Source of the DNA: an uncultured Candidatus Binatia bacterium
Lineage (GTDB): Bacteria > Desulfobacterota > Binatia > UBA9968 > CAXXLF01
Assembly (NCBI GenBank): GCA_965218425.1
Contig: OZ244621.1
Span: 224,001-288,000 of the forward strand
Length of the DNA stretch: 64,000 bases
Direction of reading: 5' to 3'
A model generated the notes under the pieces. That model was not told the origin of the DNA. It was given only the letters and a program-made list of their open reading frames with translations, and did not search any database. Positions 9,235-19,019 of the stretch are shown here, piece by piece; the stretch's first letter is position 1, and each line of letters starts with the position of its first letter. The position numbers and the translations under genes are program-made.

Positions 9235-9419
9235 TGCGATGGAACTGTTGTCAAATTGTGGTTAAAAAGGTCCAGGCGGCGACTCTGGTTCTTTCGATTT
9301 GAACCCCGTCTCAGTATACAAAGAGGTCAAATCTTTTGTTGACAAATAACATCTTCCAGATTTTCCAGCCGCCTCCTCAATCTTCTATCCACCTCACGCT
9401 TTAAGTGAATCCAAAAATC

Positions 9420-9948
9420 GGCGTCAGCCTTGCCTTCTTGCTATTCTGGGTTCCCTTCCCTTTCGGATTCCAGCCTGTATTGGACCGATTCACGTCACCC
9501 CGGCCCAAAAGGAAGTTGTTCCAGTCAGCGCCCATACGGTCGGGGTGGCGTCTTTCGCGTGCGGCTTCGACGACGTGTCCAACGACACCGGGCGCCGACC
9601 ATCGGTCGGGACCTTCAAGCGTGTCCAACCAGGGTTTGATCACCTGCTAGGATAGACGTGTCGCCGGCGAGCTGTAAAACTGAAAAATTTTGGGCTCAGG
9701 GCTAATTCAATTTGGGCAAATGCGGGGTCGTTGCCGCCGTTGTTGCGGGGGCTCGACGCGATGCGGGGCCGGGGGTCAGGCACGCCTTCTTGCTATTTGG
9801 GTTCCCTTCCCTTTCGGATTCCAGCTTGTATTGTACCAATCCTCTTGTGGAACGTCCTGTCCGTTTGGACGCGGTGTTCTAATCAGCCCAACCCACGGCT
9901 CATCACCCCGGCATCACGGCTTGAATACCGGTGTAGGCGAACGGCAAT
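9420..9948 (-). mobile_element. Two remnant 3' ends of a RAYT-like (Y1 transposase) element with a REP-like terminus
   Basis: About 65-bp direct repeat at about 9420-9490 and 9772-9840 (GG(C/G)GTCAG..GCCTTCTTGCTATT..GGGTTCCCTTCCCTTTCGGATTCCAGC). The longer copy reads YSSRDAGVMSRGLG*LEHRVQTDRTFHKRIGTI on the minus strand, resembling RAYT C-terminal domains. Confidence 0.45.
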
Positions 9949-9974
9949 AATTGGAAATTCCGACAAAATGAATT

Positions 9975-10177
9975 GGAAATGGACCGGAAACCGGCCGGAT
10001 TTTCCGGCCCGTTCAGGGCTCGGAAACTGGGCCTGAAAGGGCCGTTAAATCGGGGCGGGCGGCGCCTCATGAATCCCCCTCATTAAAACGCCGCCACCGC
10101 GAGTAGAAAAGGGCAAGTCTTTTCGGGCTGTTGCCCGAATCGATATTTTTAGTGCGTCAACAGAGCCCTCCGGTTAT
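9975..10177. repeat. About 200-bp hairpin-rich segment, copy 1 (IS right-end-like)
   Basis: Closely similar to 12065-12268. Ends in TGCGTCAACAGAGCC, resembling IS5/IS1182-type terminal inverted repeats. Confidence 0.85.
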
Positions 10178-10800
10178 GATGCTCTCAGCCTTTCTCGTAT
10201 TAATAGGGAGCAAAACTATTGTGGGGAGACGGAAAAGAGGCACGAACATTCACTTTTAAGCGACAACTCCATGACAAACACCGAGTAGGCTGAACCTGCC
10301 ACAACGCCCGGTAGGTTGTGCGGCCTTCCGTCAACTGTGATTGATTGAGTCGCCATCGCCGTGCTTAAGCCGGCTTGAATTTCACCAGTGGGAACACGTC
10401 ATTGCGAACCACTTGGAACGCTCACAATACGATCGCGGTCAGTGAGATTTCGCCACTTGCGGCGGCGCACACGGCACGGCTCTGACCGGTCGCAGTTTTA
10501 CCCGCTACCGGTCGAACCGCGCGGCAAGCGGGCTCTATCGCACGATCCGCGAGACGATGTCCCAGAGCGGCAAAGGAAGCATGGCGCCGCGGAGTTGGTC
10601 GCCTTCCTGCTGTGCGATGCCGACGCTCCGACCGAGGGCGACCCGTCCAACGGCGGGCTTCCCACCGATGTCGAGGCGCTGGACAGCCTGCGCATCCGAC
10701 CGAGCGCCAACTAACACCCAGCCGCCGCGGCTCTAGCTCTCCGCGCCGTTCTACGGGTGCGGACTTCCAGCCCCCGGCCGCCACCGTCAGGGCGAGACCC

Positions 10801-11646
10801 CTACATCCAGATCCCGAGCACCGCCATGCTGGCGAGGCCAACGAGTACCAGCACGAACTTGAATATGCGGTCCGTGTCCTGCAACGGCATTGGCACGTCG
10901 TCCTCCCCCATTAACGCGCTGCGTACGAAATGCGCGACGCGATCATCGGCCCTGGACATCTCTGCATCAATGACATCCAGAATGGCCACGTAGATGAAGG
11001 TTCCCGCAGCCAGCGCGTTGAAGCTCCCCTCGATCAGCATCGCGGCTCGGCCCTCGAGAAGGCTCGAGGCCACCGTGCCGAACACGATCCCCAATGGCGT
11101 CATCACGACGAAGATCGTCAAGACCGTCCATAAGCGTCTCTTGTCGGCGCCGGAGGCATGCACGCTGACCATCAGGGCGAAGGCAGCTGAGCCCTTGTGG
11201 AACAGGATGCCGAGCATGACGAGCACGGAAGCGGCCACCTCAGGCTCGAGGCCGAGGGCGATGCCAGCGATGATGGAATGGATCGACAGAACCACGAGCA
11301 GAACCAAAGGATAGATCGGCTGATGCGTCTTCCCACCCTGCCCTGACCCGGCCGCGTGGGTGGTTTCGAACAGGACACGATCAATGAGCAGCAGCACGCC
11401 GACGCCGACCGCCGCTAGCAGCGGCGCCAGGGGATACTCGACCACCTCCTCAAGCGCCTCGCCCGCTTCAGGCAGCAGGTGAAGGAACCCTACGCCGAGA
11501 AAGATGCCGCCCGCCAGGGCATTGCCCAGCGACAAGAATCGGCGGCTCGCATGGTGACGGGTCGCCAGAAGCGGGATGATGCCTCCGACGACGCCCACGG
11601 CGAGGATCGCAACAGCAGCAACGACCTTGATCGCAAGCCATGACAT
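10801..11646 (-). CDS. ZIP family divalent metal transporter
   Basis: GGIFLGVGFLHLLPEA, SIHSIIAGIALG, FHKG and AAGTFIYVA motifs. Start chosen at the ATG after the GGAGAGGAGG RBS. Confidence 0.93.
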   Translation of the reverse strand: MSWLAIKVVAAVAILAVGVVGGIIPLLATRHHASRRFLSLGNALAGGIFLGVGFLHLLPEAGEALEEVVEYPLAPLLAAVGVGVLLLIDRVLFETTHAAGSGQGGKTHQPIYPLVLLVVLSIHSIIAGIALGLEPEVAASVLVMLGILFHKGSAAFALMVSVHASGADKRRLWTVLTIFVVMTPLGIVFGTVASSLLEGRAAMLIEGSFNALAAGTFIYVAILDVIDAEMSRADDRVAHFVRSALMGEDDVPMPLQDTDRIFKFVLVLVGLASMAVLGIWM

Positions 11647-11845
11647 GATGATGGCTACCCCTCCTCTCCTAGCTGGGATTGCCCGGCCCATCGTCGGCCG
11701 GCCGGAGCCCCCGCACACACCACGCGGCCACTTCCTCGCTTTGGCCTTCACAGTGTAGCGATTTGATATATTCGTGTTTCAATGCCAATCCTTTACTACC
11801 ATGTGTGAAAATATAGCTGTCTTTGGGGCCGGGGTCAGGTAACAT

Positions 11846-12064
11846 GAAAAAGGGGGCAAGCTCCAGTAGGATGGTAGTTGTAGCGGCAGTCAAACCTGAA
11901 AGGAGAAAACCCCCATGCTTTACGTCGGAATAGACTATCACAAACGATACGCCCCAGGTAAATGCCATCGACGAGAAAGGAACGACCCGGGCTCACAGTC
12001 GACTTTCCAACGACTTGAGTACGGTGGAGGACTTTTTTCGGTCCCTGAACGAGCCATGCAAAGC
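11846..12064 (+). pseudogene. IS110-family (IS1111-like) left end and truncated, frameshifted transposase N-terminus
   Basis: RBS AAGGAG, then MLYVGIDYHKRYA / QVNAIDEKG...NDLSTVEDFF (first Asp of the DEDD motif). Cut off by the repeat at 12065. Confidence 0.8.
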
Positions 12065-12268
12065 GGAAATGGGCCGGAAAACGGCCGGATATTCCGGGGC
12101 GTTCAGGGCTCGAAAAACGGCCCTGAAAGGGCCGTTAAATCGGGCCGGGCGGCGCCTCATGAATCCCCCCTCATTGGAACGCCGCCACCGCGAGTAGAAA
12201 AGGTCAAGTCTTGCCGGGCTGTTGCCCGAATCGAAATTCTTAATGCGTCAACAGAGCCCTCCGGTTAT
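12065..12268. repeat. About 200-bp hairpin-rich segment, copy 2
   Basis: Direct repeat of 9975-10177. Contains a perfect hairpin, AACGGCCCT-GAA-AGGGCCGTT. Confidence 0.85.
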
Positions 12269-12547
12269 ACGATGCTTACCCAATCAATTGTTTTTAATTG
12301 GACTTGTATGCAAACATAACCAAGATTTAAGTTTTCAATCCCCTTGCCCAATTCATCAACAGATAAATTGACCGCATTTTCCATCCGGCCGTTTCTCCCC
12401 CATGCCGGACTTGCCAAAGCACACGGAAGGTGAACTTTACGCTTGACAAGTTTCCCGTACGAGTTTAAGGGATATGATAAGGACTGATCCTTTACCACCC
12501 GGTATCCTGACGACCGAGCAAGCACTACAGCATTTTAGGGAGCTATA

Positions 12548-12703
12548 ATGGCTAAAAAAGCAACAGAAATGGTTGCAGAAGAGATCGCCAAGTTACTTTA
12601 GCCGTCACCCCCTCAAATTAATGTGATAATGATGAATTGCCTGAAAGCATTGGCTGGTAAGATAGACGATATTGAAGCTAAGATCGAAGCAAAGAATCGA
12701 TAA
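12548..12703 (+). pseudogene. Small hypothetical helical protein with an in-frame TAG at 12599-12601
   Basis: RBS GGGAG, then MAKKATEMVAEEIAKLL*PSPPQINVIMMNCLKALAGKIDDIEAKIEAKNR. Confidence 0.4.
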
Positions 12704-13043
12704 CCCTTAGCCTTTCTTCGATCTTATCGATCCCAAGTCTTTTTCTCCAGAACTCACGGGTTCCATAGAAGAAGTCGTCCGGGCCGTCATCCCCCAAGCG
12801 GTCCTTCAGCACTTGCATTATATCCCTTATCTTTTGTTTCCTGTTCCATCATCCCCCCCCTCCTTGGTTACGATGTATGTATGTCCCGTTGATTCCCGCT
12901 CTCGACCCCCGCACACTCCCGCCGCAAAACGGGTGGATTCTCCTTAACTTGACGATCCTGACGGAATACGATGGTGCCGTGTCGCTGTCGGGGTCCGATA
13001 CATTCGAGTCGTTTCTCTAAGCGATATGAAAACCGGAGTTCAT

Positions 13044-13415
13044 ATGGTCATTAACTTTCAAAAGCGATTCGCCGCGGCGGTGGAAAACGGCGCCAAGAGA
13101 CAAACCATCCGTAAGCGGTGGAGGAACGGCAAGGTTGCCTGGAAACCGGGTGGGCTGTTACAGCTTTATACGGGACTGCGCGCGCGGAATGCTCGTCTCT
13201 TGCGTGACGCGGTCTGCAAGAAGATAAGCAGGATATCCATCCGTAAGGATTGGACCATATATTTGGGCGGGCGTTGCTTGACCCCCGCTGAGTGCCGGGA
13301 GCTTGCTCGGCTGGACGGATTTGACGATCACATCGAGATGGCGCTCTGGTTTCAGGCGAACCATGGTCTGCCGTTCAATGGGTATCTGATCGATTTCAGC
13401 GATAATGATTGTTAA
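13044..13415 (+). CDS. Phage-type ASCH/PUA-like domain protein
   Basis: INFQKRF...GAKRQTIRK...LQLYTGLR...LARLDGF pattern. Confidence 0.75.
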   Translation: MVINFQKRFAAAVENGAKRQTIRKRWRNGKVAWKPGGLLQLYTGLRARNARLLRDAVCKKISRISIRKDWTIYLGGRCLTPAECRELARLDGFDDHIEMALWFQANHGLPFNGYLIDFSDNDC

Positions 13416-13669
13416 TGGTCATCGCCCCGGTTCTGCCATGTGGAAGCAATCGCATAGACCCCGACCGGCTCCACCGATTTTCCGGCCGAAATACGACCCC
13501 GAAAACAGCCCAAAAACGGCCTTTAAAGGCCGCTTATCCACAGCTTCCGGCTGGATTTCCGATTATTTCTTTCGCTCCGACACCGGGACCGGGCGGGCGC
13601 TCAAAACCCTGAAAAACAAGGGTCTCATCCCGCATCATCCCGCATCATCCCACTTCAGACGAAGCCAGA

Positions 13670-14278
13670 TTAGGCCATCAATTCCTCCGCCCTCATCGCC
13701 GCCTGCACGTGCGCTCGCGCGGCCACACGGTTTTGATACTGCTCCAGCACCGGCCAGCGGTCGAAGTCCATGCCGATACGCGTGCGCCAGTTTAGAACCG
13801 TAAAAAGATAGGCATCGGCGACCGTGAAGTCGCCGCCCACGAGGCAGGTCTTGTCTGCGAGATGCTGTGCGACGTAGTCGAGGCGCCTGACGAGTAGCTC
13901 TCTTCCGATCACTTTATATGCATCCGGCGTCGTCGGTCGCAACAGCGGGCTAAAGCTCTTGTGGATCTCCGAGGTGATGAAATTAAGCCATTCCTGGAGA
14001 CGGAAACGCTCCCAGGTGCCCGCCGCCGGCACGAGCCCCGATCCGGGCTTACGGTCGCCGATATACTGCAGGATGGCCGGGCCTTCGGTGAGCACTTCAC
14101 CGTTTTCAAGTTCCAGCGCCGGCACATAACCTTTCGGGTTGATCGCAAGGTAGTCCCGGCCCTTCTCGGTCTTCTTTTTTTGCGTATCAACGGCCTCGCG
14201 CTCAAAGGTCAGTCCTGCCTCCCGGAGCGAGATATGCGAGGCCAGAGAGCATGCGCCGGCTTTATAAAAAAGTTTCAT
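13670..14278 (-). CDS. gstA: Glutathione S-transferase (beta class)
   Basis: MKLFYKAGACSLASHI, NPKGYVPAL, LTEGPAILQY and FTVADAYLF motifs. Confidence 0.95.
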   Translation of the reverse strand: MKLFYKAGACSLASHISLREAGLTFEREAVDTQKKKTEKGRDYLAINPKGYVPALELENGEVLTEGPAILQYIGDRKPGSGLVPAAGTWERFRLQEWLNFITSEIHKSFSPLLRPTTPDAYKVIGRELLVRRLDYVAQHLADKTCLVGGDFTVADAYLFTVLNWRTRIGMDFDRWPVLEQYQNRVAARAHVQAAMRAEELMA

Positions 14279-14647
14279 AATTGGTTCTCCTTCATGGGGT
14301 TTTCCCATGCATCTTTTATAATCGGACGGCAGTTTATCCCCAAGGGAACAGCCCTGTCAATAAGGCGTATTCCGCCATGTATAAATCTAACCCTCCCTAG
14401 GGCTTATTAAGCTAGGGGGGCTGGAATTTGATGTTTTGAAGTGTATCATTTGGTCGCCGAACCGGCTGACCCGCTTTCCCAAGTGTTTGTCGCTGTTAAA
14501 TCGCTCCCTGAGACGGCGAGCCCCTGAATGCCGCTCAAAGGAGGAGAAGATCCTCTTTTTTGCGTACGCTACCCCGAGGTGGCACTAGATCAATGTAATC
14601 AACAACGTCCTTCTTAACCCTTGAGCTGCGATCTTAGACCCAACCCG

Positions 14648-14691
14648 CAATCTTGACTTAATCTGAAATCAATCTTGACTTAATCTGAAAT
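14648..14691 (+). repeat. Perfect 22-bp tandem duplication containing the -35 box TTGACT of the SBP promoter
   Basis: CAATCTTGACTTAATCTGAAAT occurs twice. The paralogous promoter at about 16005-16036 has a single copy. Confidence 0.9.
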
Positions 14692-14728
14692 AAGGTAGTA
14701 AAACGGCAACATCGAAAGGGGGCAAAAC

Positions 14729-15862
14729 ATGAATACCATTGTACGCAAAATCCTAGGGTTTTCACTGTTGTTCTGGCTCATTGCCGTGCATGCCTTAACT
14801 GGAGCCGTAAAGGCGCAGGCTTCCTGGGAAGCCGAATGGAAGAAAACGGTGGAAGCAGCAAAAAAAGAAGGGCAGGTTACGATCTACACCTCATCCAGGC
14901 AGAACAACCTGCTTTTAGAGTCGGGGGCTTTTCAAAAGAAGTACCCAGAGATCAAACTCCTTGTCGCGCTCGGAAATCCACTCCACCGCATCCTTACCGA
15001 GCGAAGAGTCGGAAAATACCTGGCGGATATCGCATTTACCGGTCCAAGCAGTCTTTGGCGACTCTATCTAGCCAAGGTCCTGGACCCCATTAGCGACACG
15101 TTGATTTTGCCTGAGGTCACTGATCAGTCAAAGTGGCTCCAGGGAAAACACTACTATGTAGACAAAGAACAAAAGTACATATTTGCCGCTGTTGGAAACG
15201 TTGACCTGGGGGCTTTTTTCTACAACACCAAACAAATCGATCCTAAGAACTTTCAATCGTTCTGGGATTTTCTCCGTCCCGAACTGAAAGGGAAAATGTC
15301 GGCGCGAGATATCCGATCCCCAGGCCCAGGCAGCGTTACCATGAGAATGTTCTATTACAGTCCTCAATTGGGCCCTAAATTCATCCGGCGTCTGTTCGGC
15401 GAAATGGATATCACCCTTTTCCGCGATCAACGACAGGGAATAGATTGGCTTGCCACCGGCAAATACCCGATTTGCATTTTCTGTAACCACACGCGGATAC
15501 AAACAGGCAAAGCTCAGGGACTTCCGGTACAAGGCTTTGGATTGATGAAAGAAGGGGCGGGGTTGATTGTCAGCGGGGGCGGTATAAGCCTTGTCAATAG
15601 GCCGCGCCACCCTAACGCGGCGAAGGTCTTCATCAACTGGGTACTCTCACGCGAGGGACAGATCGCGCTGCAATCGGTAGGAGGCGGTTCAACAAATTCG
15701 CGCCGGATCGACATCCCGAAAGACATCATCATGCCTTCACGGCTGCCTCAGAAGGGTGTCAAGTATATAAATACTGAGAATTGGCAACGGATCTCCATGA
15801 GACCTGTGCTCAAGGTGTTTAACGAGGCAGTAAGAGACGCGGAAAAAAGAAAGAAACAATAA
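14729..15862 (+). CDS. ABC-type extracellular solute-binding protein (AfuA/Fe3+-type fold)
   Basis: Signal peptide, W...V.AAKKEG, and HPNAAKVFINWVLSREGQ. Confidence 0.9.
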   Translation: MNTIVRKILGFSLLFWLIAVHALTGAVKAQASWEAEWKKTVEAAKKEGQVTIYTSSRQNNLLLESGAFQKKYPEIKLLVALGNPLHRILTERRVGKYLADIAFTGPSSLWRLYLAKVLDPISDTLILPEVTDQSKWLQGKHYYVDKEQKYIFAAVGNVDLGAFFYNTKQIDPKNFQSFWDFLRPELKGKMSARDIRSPGPGSVTMRMFYYSPQLGPKFIRRLFGEMDITLFRDQRQGIDWLATGKYPICIFCNHTRIQTGKAQGLPVQGFGLMKEGAGLIVSGGGISLVNRPRHPNAAKVFINWVLSREGQIALQSVGGGSTNSRRIDIPKDIIMPSRLPQKGVKYINTENWQRISMRPVLKVFNEAVRDAEKRKKQ

Positions 15863-16060
15863 GTGGCAGGCAACGGTGCGAGGCTGCCTTTTTGCTGTTT
15901 TTGCCGTCAGACCCGACGCGAAGGGCAGAATTCAAAGCGAACTCGACAACTAAAGAGCCAAGAGCTGACTAGACCCCCTATTAGGATCCTGGACCTAACC
16001 GAAGTCTTGACTTGATCTCGAATAAGGCGGTAAAATGGCACCATTGATAGGAGCTAAATT

Positions 16061-17194
16061 ATGAATACCATTATACGAAAGTTCCCGGGATTGTTGTTTT
16101 TCTTCTGCCTCGTTGCAGCGCACGCCTTGACCGGAGCCGTAAAGGCACACGCTTCCTGGCAGGAGGAATGGAAGAAAACGGTGGCAGCAGCAAAAAAGGA
16201 AGGGACGGTCACGGTCTACACCTCATCCAGGCAGAGCAACCTGCTTCTCGAGTCCGGGGCATTTCAGAAAAAGTATCCTGACATCAAGCTGCTCGTGGCG
16301 CTTGGAAATCCTCTGCACCGAATCCTGACCGAGCGAAGGGTTGGGAAATACCTCGCGGATGTTGGGCTCACCGGTCCGAGCACCCTGTGGCGCCTTTATA
16401 AAGCCAAAGCGCTGGATCCGGTCAAAGACGCGATGATTTTGCCCGAGGTGATTGATGAGTCCAAGTGGTTTAATGGGAAACACCTATACGTTGATAAAGA
16501 ACAAAAATACATCTTGGTCTCCGTTGGCAACCCGGACTCGGGAAATTTCTACTACAACACCAAGCTAATCAACCCCAACAAGTTCAAGTCCATGTGGGAT
16601 TTTCTCAAGCCCGAATGGAAAGGAAAAATAGCGGCCAGAGACGTTAGATCCCCGGGCCCTGGCAGTGTGACCATCAAGTTTTACTATTACAATCCCGACC
16701 TCGGGGTAAAGTTCATCAAGCGTCTCTTCGGGGAGATGGATCTCACCCTTTTCCGGGATCAACGGCAGGGAATCGATTGGCTATCCAGCGGAAGATTCCC
16801 CATTTGCGTGTTTTGCAACAGCTCGCGTATAGAAAACGCCAAGCTTCAGGGGCTCCCGGTGGAAAAATTCGGCATGATGAAAGAGGGCGCGGTGTTGAGT
16901 TCGAGTGGGGGTGGTCTCACCCTTATCAATCGGGCTCCCCATCCCAATGCGGCGAAGGTCTTTGTCAACTGGTATCTTTCAAGGGAGGGACAACTCGCGC
17001 TGCAATCGTTAAAAGGGGGTTTCACGAATTCTCGCCGTATGGATATCTCGAGGGACATGATCCCTCCCGATCGACAGCTCAAGAAGGATGGCAAGTATAT
17101 GGTGGTCGACTCCTGGGATCGGATATCGACACGCCCCGTGCTCAAGATTATCAACGCTGCTTTAGCGAAAGCGAATAAAAGAAAGAAAAGATAG
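16061..17194 (+). CDS. ABC-type solute-binding protein, tandem paralogue of the previous gene
   Basis: Same length (377 aa), colinear and highly similar, with a conserved upstream promoter TTGACT-N18-TAAAAT. Confidence 0.9.
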   Translation: MNTIIRKFPGLLFFFCLVAAHALTGAVKAHASWQEEWKKTVAAAKKEGTVTVYTSSRQSNLLLESGAFQKKYPDIKLLVALGNPLHRILTERRVGKYLADVGLTGPSTLWRLYKAKALDPVKDAMILPEVIDESKWFNGKHLYVDKEQKYILVSVGNPDSGNFYYNTKLINPNKFKSMWDFLKPEWKGKIAARDVRSPGPGSVTIKFYYYNPDLGVKFIKRLFGEMDLTLFRDQRQGIDWLSSGRFPICVFCNSSRIENAKLQGLPVEKFGMMKEGAVLSSSGGGLTLINRAPHPNAAKVFVNWYLSREGQLALQSLKGGFTNSRRMDISRDMIPPDRQLKKDGKYMVVDSWDRISTRPVLKIINAALAKANKRKKR

Positions 17195-17495
17195 GTGACC
17201 TAACAGGCGAGGCGTCTCCTAAGTGAACAGGGCTTGAATCTCTGGGGTTGAAGTTATTTGCCAATCCGCTGGAACAAATGGCACCGGCGGCGTGTTACTT
17301 TATCCTGGGGCTCTTTCCTGGGTTATCCTCTTTATATCCTCACTGAGAGCTGACGGCTGCTTACCCTTTGATGATTTGATTGAGTTGAAAACACGAGTCC
17401 CTAGACCTAACTCACATGAAAAGTCATCCCTTGATAGACGCATGCGAATTCCATTATCTATGCACTGATCTTAAAAATGCCAGCAGGGAGGGTTT

Positions 17496-18542
17496 ATGAC
17501 CAGACAATTTATTCTGACTCTACTCGCATTGGCATTTGCTCTTACGCCCGGTCCGGCCCTAGCCCAGGATTACTTCAAGGGAAAGACAATCACTTTGGTC
17601 GTGGGAACTCAACCGGGAGGCAGGAGGGATCGAATCACGCGAACCACTGCCAAGTTCCTTTCCCGGTATTTACCGGGAAATCCCACCGTTCTCGTCCAAA
17701 ATATACCCGGAGGGAAAGAAATTCCCTCTCAACTAAAGATCGCTCGGGGAAAACCCGATGGATCCATCATGGGAGTTGTTACTTCCTCAGCAACGGAGGC
17801 ACCCTATTTCGGCAGCCCCGGTGCTCACTACAACCCCAACAAGTACAGGTTTATTGGGGCGATCGGCACCGGTAAGAACACCCAGACGCTGTTCACCCAT
17901 ATCCAAGCTGGTTTCAAATCGCTGGAGGATCTGAAATCACGCGAAGTGGTCCTGGGCGCCCACCGATTGGGGCATCGTTCTTATCTCAATGGTCGCTTGG
18001 CCGCTGAAGTCCTAGACTTGAAGGTTCGCTGGATACTCGGCTATTCCACGCCAGAACTCTCCACAGCCATGGACCGTGGGGAAATAGATGGTCGCTTTCA
18101 TGGCGCTGCAAGCGCCATCAGGGACCGGCCTGACTGGTTCGAACGGCGAGAAGTGGTGGCTCATGTGGCAACTACCCTGACCGAAAAATTGCCGCCAATA
18201 GATGACCCTTTACTCGCCAGTACTCCTTCTCTCATGCAATTTGTCAAAACGGATCTCCACCGTGATATTCTCCTAAAGCTGGATACAACTGACAAGTTGG
18301 GTGCAGCCATGGCCTTTCCCCCAGGAACACCAGAGAACATTAGAAAACTGGCGGAACAAGCGCTGCTAAAAATGGGGAAAAATCCCAAATTCCAGCAGGT
18401 GTGGGAAAGGGAGGTCGGGCTCAAGCCGTTTCAAGGCGTATTTTCAGGTGCAGAGGTTGCAGCGGCTGTTGCGCTCTACACAGACTGGAGACCAGAATTA
18501 TTAAAGGCCTATCAGCGTTTGGGGTACAAACCGCCTAAATAA
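17496..18542 (+). CDS. Bug/TctC tripartite tricarboxylate transporter substrate-binding protein
   Basis: Signal peptide, YFKGKTITLVVG..PGG, LPGNP.V.VQN.PG, GEIDG and PPGTP motifs. Confidence 0.88.
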   Translation: MTRQFILTLLALAFALTPGPALAQDYFKGKTITLVVGTQPGGRRDRITRTTAKFLSRYLPGNPTVLVQNIPGGKEIPSQLKIARGKPDGSIMGVVTSSATEAPYFGSPGAHYNPNKYRFIGAIGTGKNTQTLFTHIQAGFKSLEDLKSREVVLGAHRLGHRSYLNGRLAAEVLDLKVRWILGYSTPELSTAMDRGEIDGRFHGAASAIRDRPDWFERREVVAHVATTLTEKLPPIDDPLLASTPSLMQFVKTDLHRDILLKLDTTDKLGAAMAFPPGTPENIRKLAEQALLKMGKNPKFQQVWEREVGLKPFQGVFSGAEVAAAVALYTDWRPELLKAYQRLGYKPPK

Positions 18543-18705
18543 CCGGCAAATAAAAACCGTAATCCATAGACCTGACTCCTTCACGCTTCATCAGTGAAAG
18601 GAAAAACCATAAAAGTCGCAACGTCCCCTAATCCTTTCTATTCCGATCTCCTAGCTCCTGCTCGGGGTCACATCTTCTTCTCAGTTCAGCGCCGGGCCCC
18701 GTTTG

Positions 18706-19015
18706 TCAGCTCCCCGCACGCCTGGGACCGGCAGCGTCCGCCTTAGCTTTCGCCTCACCGAGCGCAGGCAGCTCCTTAAAGGATACCGTTTCCACATTGA
18801 ACTTGGTGTGACTCCGATGGCTACTAGCGTCCACCTGAGGGTACATCGGGTGACGAAAGTAGAACACGTAGCGCAAGAATCTGGGCCAGCCGGTAATCCG
18901 GTGTGCGATACCGCGCGGCACATAGCCCATCTCACCAGGGTCCAGCTCGTGGACACCCCACTCGGTATCGTTAACCGCGTGGGCGCGGAACTGCAATCAA
19001 ATCTCGTCGTCCTCC
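18706..19015 (-). pseudogene. Cupin-fold protein, C-terminal fragment
   Basis: EDDEI*LQFR...TEWGVHELDPGEMGYVPRGIAH. Has an internal stop and no 5' part. Confidence 0.6.
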
Positions 19016-19019
19016 ATCC

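Noticed and set aside
9896..9929. Degenerate CRISPR-repeat-like sequence (21/36 matches with a gap) upstream of cas6, whose neighbouring 'spacer' partly matches 9285-9312; a candidate regulatory mini-array (CreA/CreR-like)
   Set aside because: The hairpin is not preserved, seed positions mismatch and no convincing PAM is present. The stretch is better explained as decayed coding sequence (YSSRDAGVMSRG) of a RAYT-like tail.
10290..10800. Possible integron attC sites and ORF 10388-10714
   Set aside because: The core-site spacing and stem do not fit attC, there is no integrase, and I could not recognise the ORF.
11755..11914. Bridge RNA for the IS110 stub
   Set aside because: The left end is short (IS1111-like) and the right end, where that group carries its RNA, is missing.
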